NCBI GenBank assembly: GCA_977030845.1
Contig: OZ365110.1
Coordinates: 20,088,001-20,152,000 of the forward strand
Reading direction: 5' to 3'
DNA length: 64,000 nt
Source: Fimbriosthenelais zetlandica
Lineage: Eukaryota
Shown piece after piece: positions 59,050 through 64,000 of the stretch. The translations under genes and the position numbers were made by a program. The notes beneath the pieces are model-generated. The model saw only the letters and a list, made by a program, of their open reading frames with translations, was not told the DNA's origin and searched no databases. Every line of letters begins with the position of its first letter. Position 1 is the stretch's first letter.

Positions 59050-62000
59050 GTGAGTTAAACATTTCCCTTTTACATTGCCTCATCTGAGTAATTCGCACAA
59101 ACACTCACTTTTTGATATTTTGTATCCATGTCCCATGCCTTGATGTCATCAATCTTAACATGCATATGGATTATAACCTGAATATAAATTTATATTCTTG
59201 ATAAACTACTTTACCATAATGATGCAAAGTTTGTGGAGGGGGATTAGGGACCCGGATTAGGGAGGTGCAGATGAAGCCTCTTGAATTAGACTGATTGTAG
59301 ATATAGGATGTATTGCGGACTTTTGTTATGACACAGATATTGAATTATTTCCATTATAACCTGTGCTATGACAGATTTACCCATCGCCCCCTATGCCCAT
59401 AGAAAGCCATTGAACTGTCCCATATAAAATTATTGGCTATACATTGGGACTGATGATCTGATTTACCTCATGTGGTCAAAGTATATAAAACTTGACAATG
59501 AAAGTATCTTGAGCTTGCCATACATGGCTGACATTATTTGAAAGGGCCTCTAATAGTATCGGAAGGTCCAGGCCGCGACCGTCCTTGCACCTTTCACAAT
59601 GAGACTTGAAGGCACCTTGAATTGATGGCTAGCCAGATGAAAGGCTGGGGGATGAAAGGATCAACACCAGTCCCCAGCCATTAGCAGGACATAGCCGGCC
59701 GAGGATCATGGCCACCCGGCCTTCTGAGGCTGTCGACCTGGCATGGACAAAGAGGATCCAATATCGAGGGAATTGCCACTGAGCAGAGGCTGGGATAGGG
59801 GAATCAATTTTCTTTTGGCGGGGCTATGGGTATTCATTGAGATGGTGTGTAGAAATATATGTACATGCACCTACAGTGTACTACTGTTGGTCATGGTTGT
59901 CGGGTGGTAGTAGTATAGTGAGAAGCACCTTTGACACCATGGAGTGGCAAGTGTGGCGATGATAGGTTTCATTGGTAGGCAGTAGAATACAGTATTTACA
60001 TGTTTCCATGCTCATAATTTTGGCTATTCATAGACAAAGGGGAAATATATTAGTTACCATTGACATGCTTATATAGGTGTGTGATACGTTATATGGATTA
60101 CATAAGTCAAAAAATAATATTGGATTTCTTTCGGCATAATATGCTAAAGGCCAAAATATATGTTATTCATACCAATACTCTGTAACGAGATTGTCTGTAC
60201 ACATGATATGAATGGGTTCAATAACATTTATACAAAGTACATTATCTTGTGATGTAACCTCCCTTCCTGATTATCTGTCTTCCATTAACCCCTGTTCCCT
60301 ACAACATTGCCTAACTCAATAAGGAAGCCAGGTCTTCACCTAGACTTCCACAATCCTATAGAGCATTGATTCAAGATTATGCAAGGAAACTCTATTATCG
60401 CTGAGGTAATGGAGCATTCCAACATAATCAGTTATTATCCCCAAACCTTGAGAATTTTCTCCTCTCTCCCATCACTGAGACATTCAATCCTCTCAATAAT
60501 ATTCTTCACCATGAGGATTTAGCCTATTGTGTAGAGAAAAATTTACATGCAGGATACATGCAAGATATTTTAAAATGAGATGCGTAAAAGTTGGGGATCA
60601 TGCAGAATTTAGACGTGCATCCATCAATCGTAATAGACGCTATGTTCACCTTGCATGTCACACCTGCGTGCATCGTGAAGATAACAATAGGTAGGTACTT
60701 GAAGTGTAGGAAAAGCGGCTTTGATGATTTGAAGAGAGGCTAGTCAGAAACACACCAGACTGACAGGGTCATGGAGTACAGACATACAAGGTGATCAGCC
60801 TCACTTGATTATAATAGCAAGACTATAGGTTTGTCAATGCACCCCTCGATCCAGACAATGATTGGGCTAGCCACAAATTTCTTTTAGTAAAAAGTGCTAA
60901 AGACACCAAATTTCTTTTAGTAATTTGCAGTCAGGTTTAGCAGATGTCAATTTGAAGGAAACAATTTGAGGTAAAAAGCCCTTTCAAAATCAATATAGGC
61001 GTAATTTTTATTTCGCAAACTTTGCGAATAAGAGTCATTTTCTTTAAGTAAAGTAGCATTGTTATTCGCAAATTGCGACAATGCGATCGGGTAGAGCGAG
61101 CCCAGAATGATGTGCCTGAGTGGCCATGAGCAGTTCATACCAGCTCTAATCACCTCTGACCTGAGGACTCCGTTTGAATATTTTTTGATAAAAATGTGAT
61201 ACTTCAAAATTTTATTCAGAAGTAGAGATTGGCTACCCCTTGCAAACTGGATGATATTTGTTGTCTGAACAGCTCTTGATAATCTCCTGGAAAGGAAGCC
61301 ATGTGTACTTCCAAAATGTTGCTTCCTCTGTTTGACAATAGTGTGTTGTTGCAGCCAAAAATAGTATACGAAACACGATCAGGTATGTTGCACACATTTA
61401 CATGATCACGCCTTCAATTGCAAGGCCCACCAGGAAATGATCTGAAAGCTTTCATCTCTTGGTTTCTGCCATACTGTATGGTACTGAATACCCTTTGAAT
61501 AGAGGTTTTATTATAGTATTTAGATTACATTGTTGTGCCTATTGAAGTGAAACACTTCCAATTCCAGCAATGAACTACTGCACGCACTTTCTCCACTATC
61601 TTGTTCCTCTGCACAAAGGTAACGATTGTGTACATAGAAACTTCAAGTAGTACTATAGAGTTGTTTTTTATACTATATTAATCAAAGTGGTTGCAATTTA
61701 CTTGGAAAATGAATGCAGAGTTTACACCAAACAGATTTAGGCCGGTATATATCATCTATCATGGGACTGTCACAAAATCCCCTGACGCCCGTTTCTATTG
61801 ACTCAAAATTGAAGTGACAGCAGTGGGGAAGACAGTTAATTGCATGTTAACTCCGCAAGTAGATCGCCAAACCATTTGCCGTGACCTCCTAACATTCCAT
61901 TGAAGAATTATTATTGTTTTTGACCTATTTAATCCTATTTCTGAATTCCGTCCACTTTTATTCAATTTTCGGTGGACGTGACCGTTCGTTGTCTTGAAAG

Positions 62001-62949
62001 TCTCTTCTCTCACACGTACATGACATTTAACTGTCTTATACACTCATATTTCACCATATCCTCATAGGAGGTCGGACGAAGTTTAAACTCGCTACAGAGT
62101 GTTTGTGACTGTTGATTTTATGATGCGTGAACAGACCCCAGAGACATGTTACATCCTAGAAACCAACACCTCCCCATTTAAAACGAGGAGAACTTGCTCA
62201 AATGTAAAGGAGTGCAGAACAGATAGAAAATGTGTAAAACATTTTGTTTAATTAGCCTTTCTCGCATCTGAAAGCATAGTTTTACACCATACTGGTGTTT
62301 TCTGTTCGGTCACAAGTTATGCATATTTACCCCACACACTTAAAAGTGGACATCTGAAACAACTTTCATCTTTCAAAGCAGAAACCTGTGTCTATAAGTT
62401 TTTGGTCGTTTCTCCACATCAGATATCTTCAATGCTTTAGTGGAGCTCGTAGTCCTATTGATTTATAAAGTGGGGAATCTCCAGAGGAAATAATTCTATA
62501 TCCAGAGATGAGTGCAATTATCAACTAATAGAGGAGTTCACTATAGGCATTGTTACGGGACTTTATACATGATTAAGTAATTGTGACATAATTTTGTACA
62601 ATATATCCGAGCATTACTGTGGGATTTTACACCTTTCTCATTGGCCCCCTTCCCATGCACAATGCACTGTTTAAACGGAAATGCAATTGCACCGCCTACT
62701 CACCCGGAGGAAGCTCTACGTGTCTCAAAATCCCCTCTCTGTACTGTAACATACTTCAGTTTTTTTCATTTGCTAAAACTATGCACTCGTATTCATCGCC
62801 GAAGATAACTTTGTCCTCAGAGGGTACATTTTGTCTTCCTTCCCTCTCTTCGTGTTGTGTAGTCAGCCGCACATAGACATTGTCATAATATGATATAAAA
62901 AGCCTCCTCAAGGGGAAATTTTGGTGGCTGAAGATATGAAGAAAGATTG

Positions 62950-63080
62950 ATAGACAGAGATGAGTGAGGGAGATGAGAAAGAGAGAGATGGGAAAGAGAA
63001 AGAGAGATGAGAAAGAGAGAGATAGGAAAGAGAAAGAGAGATTGGAAAGAAAGAGAGAGATGAGAAAGAGAAAGAGATAT
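62950..63080. repeat. GA-rich microsatellite-like tract
   Basis: Repeats of gagagagatgagaaa / gagagatgggaaa. Confidence 0.9.
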
Positions 63081-63593
63081 ATATAGTCGGATGTTTATAA
63101 CCTATTTTGTCCTTACAATTATAGCACATCCTTATGGACAATGCTCTTTGCTACTCCTTCAGAGTATTTGGCGATAAACATGAACCTATAATTATCATGA
63201 TAACATGGAAATAGTGCCACTGCCTATTATCCTATTAATGCTCAGTAATGGAGCATTTCCATGGCTTTGTTTTAGGGCATGCAAAATAATTAAGTACCGA
63301 ATAAAATGCGCCTGGTTCAAAACACAAAGTGCATTTGAATAAAAAATTCAGTTTGCTTAAGTATAAGTGAATCGAAATTGCCTTTAAATTATTTATAAAC
63401 ATTCATTCCTTTTTCAACTAAAGGTTTTTGAAGTCACTTAAAAAGAATATGCTGCAGAGTTAAGACGTGATTTCAGTGTATTTCCCAGTCTCCAAATCAA
63501 ATAATTTCTAGAAGAACCTGTAGGAAATAATTAACAAATTGCATGAAAAAGGATCCATAGAGGATTATGTGGCTTCCTCAGTCAATATATAAA

Positions 63594-63816
63594 TTATAAT
63601 TTAATTTTATGTAGTGTATATTCTCTCACTATAGCATCCTGGAATCTCAGATCGAACTGAGTGAAAAATAAAAGCTTGCAGGATGAACGGCAGTCGGGGA
63701 CAGGTGCATCCACCACTCCTTCCCTGACTTCAACAACAGCTGGCCCTGTTCTTAGAGATTTAAGACAGCTGACCTCTATATATCCCCAGTCCGCATGATT
63801 CTTCTTTCTACTCATT
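63594..63816 (-). CDS. Probable terminal coding exon of an unidentified gene continuing beyond the window
   Basis: A long polypyrimidine tract (63850-63880 on minus) precedes tgtatag|. Only one frame is open: MSRKKNHADWGYIEVSCLKSLRTGPAVVEVREGVVDAPVPDCRSSCKLLFFTQFDLRFQDAIVREYTLHKIKL*. Confidence 0.5.
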
Positions 63817-64000
63817 CTATACATGAATCATTGGCAAGTGACATGAAGAAGGAGAGGGAGAGCAAAGGGAAGGAAAGAGGCCAGAGCGGACATAAATTTA
63901 TGTTGATGATTCATGTATCTATGCCAATCGCATATTTTCACTCAGAAAGAAGAATTGCATTGTGCTGGATAGTCGATGTTTCAATTCCCAGAAATTGCCC

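Overview
AT-rich, intron-containing animal genomic DNA, probably an invertebrate deuterostome such as an echinoderm (inferred from gene structures and repeats). Five genes can be assembled from splice signals, phases and protein motifs. (1) A KChIP/KCNIP neuronal calcium sensor (+, 5.0-21.3 kb) with two candidate alternative first exons and two duplicated alternative last exons. (2) BBIP1/BBS18 (-, 24.4-24.6 kb). (3) A CYP26 retinoic-acid hydroxylase (+, 34.3-38.9 kb). (4) A multi-pass RING-H2 E3 ligase resembling RNF145/RNF139 (+, 40.6-42.3 kb). (5) A divergent calmodulin-like gene (-, 45.8 to about 54.7 kb). Exons of two unidentified genes lie at 57.8-59.0 kb (+) and 63.6-63.8 kb (-). Non-coding highlights: CYP26 is bracketed by nuclear-receptor direct repeats (a promoter DR2; two perfect DR5s and a perfect DR1 downstream); a 2.2-kb palindrome carries inward-facing tRNA-like cassettes; a minisatellite is built from tandem 3' splice sites; a 34-39 bp hairpin sits at the BBIP1 5' end. 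No CRISPR array, rRNA, intact tRNA or transposase/RT ORF was seen. All calls were made by eye, without database searches.
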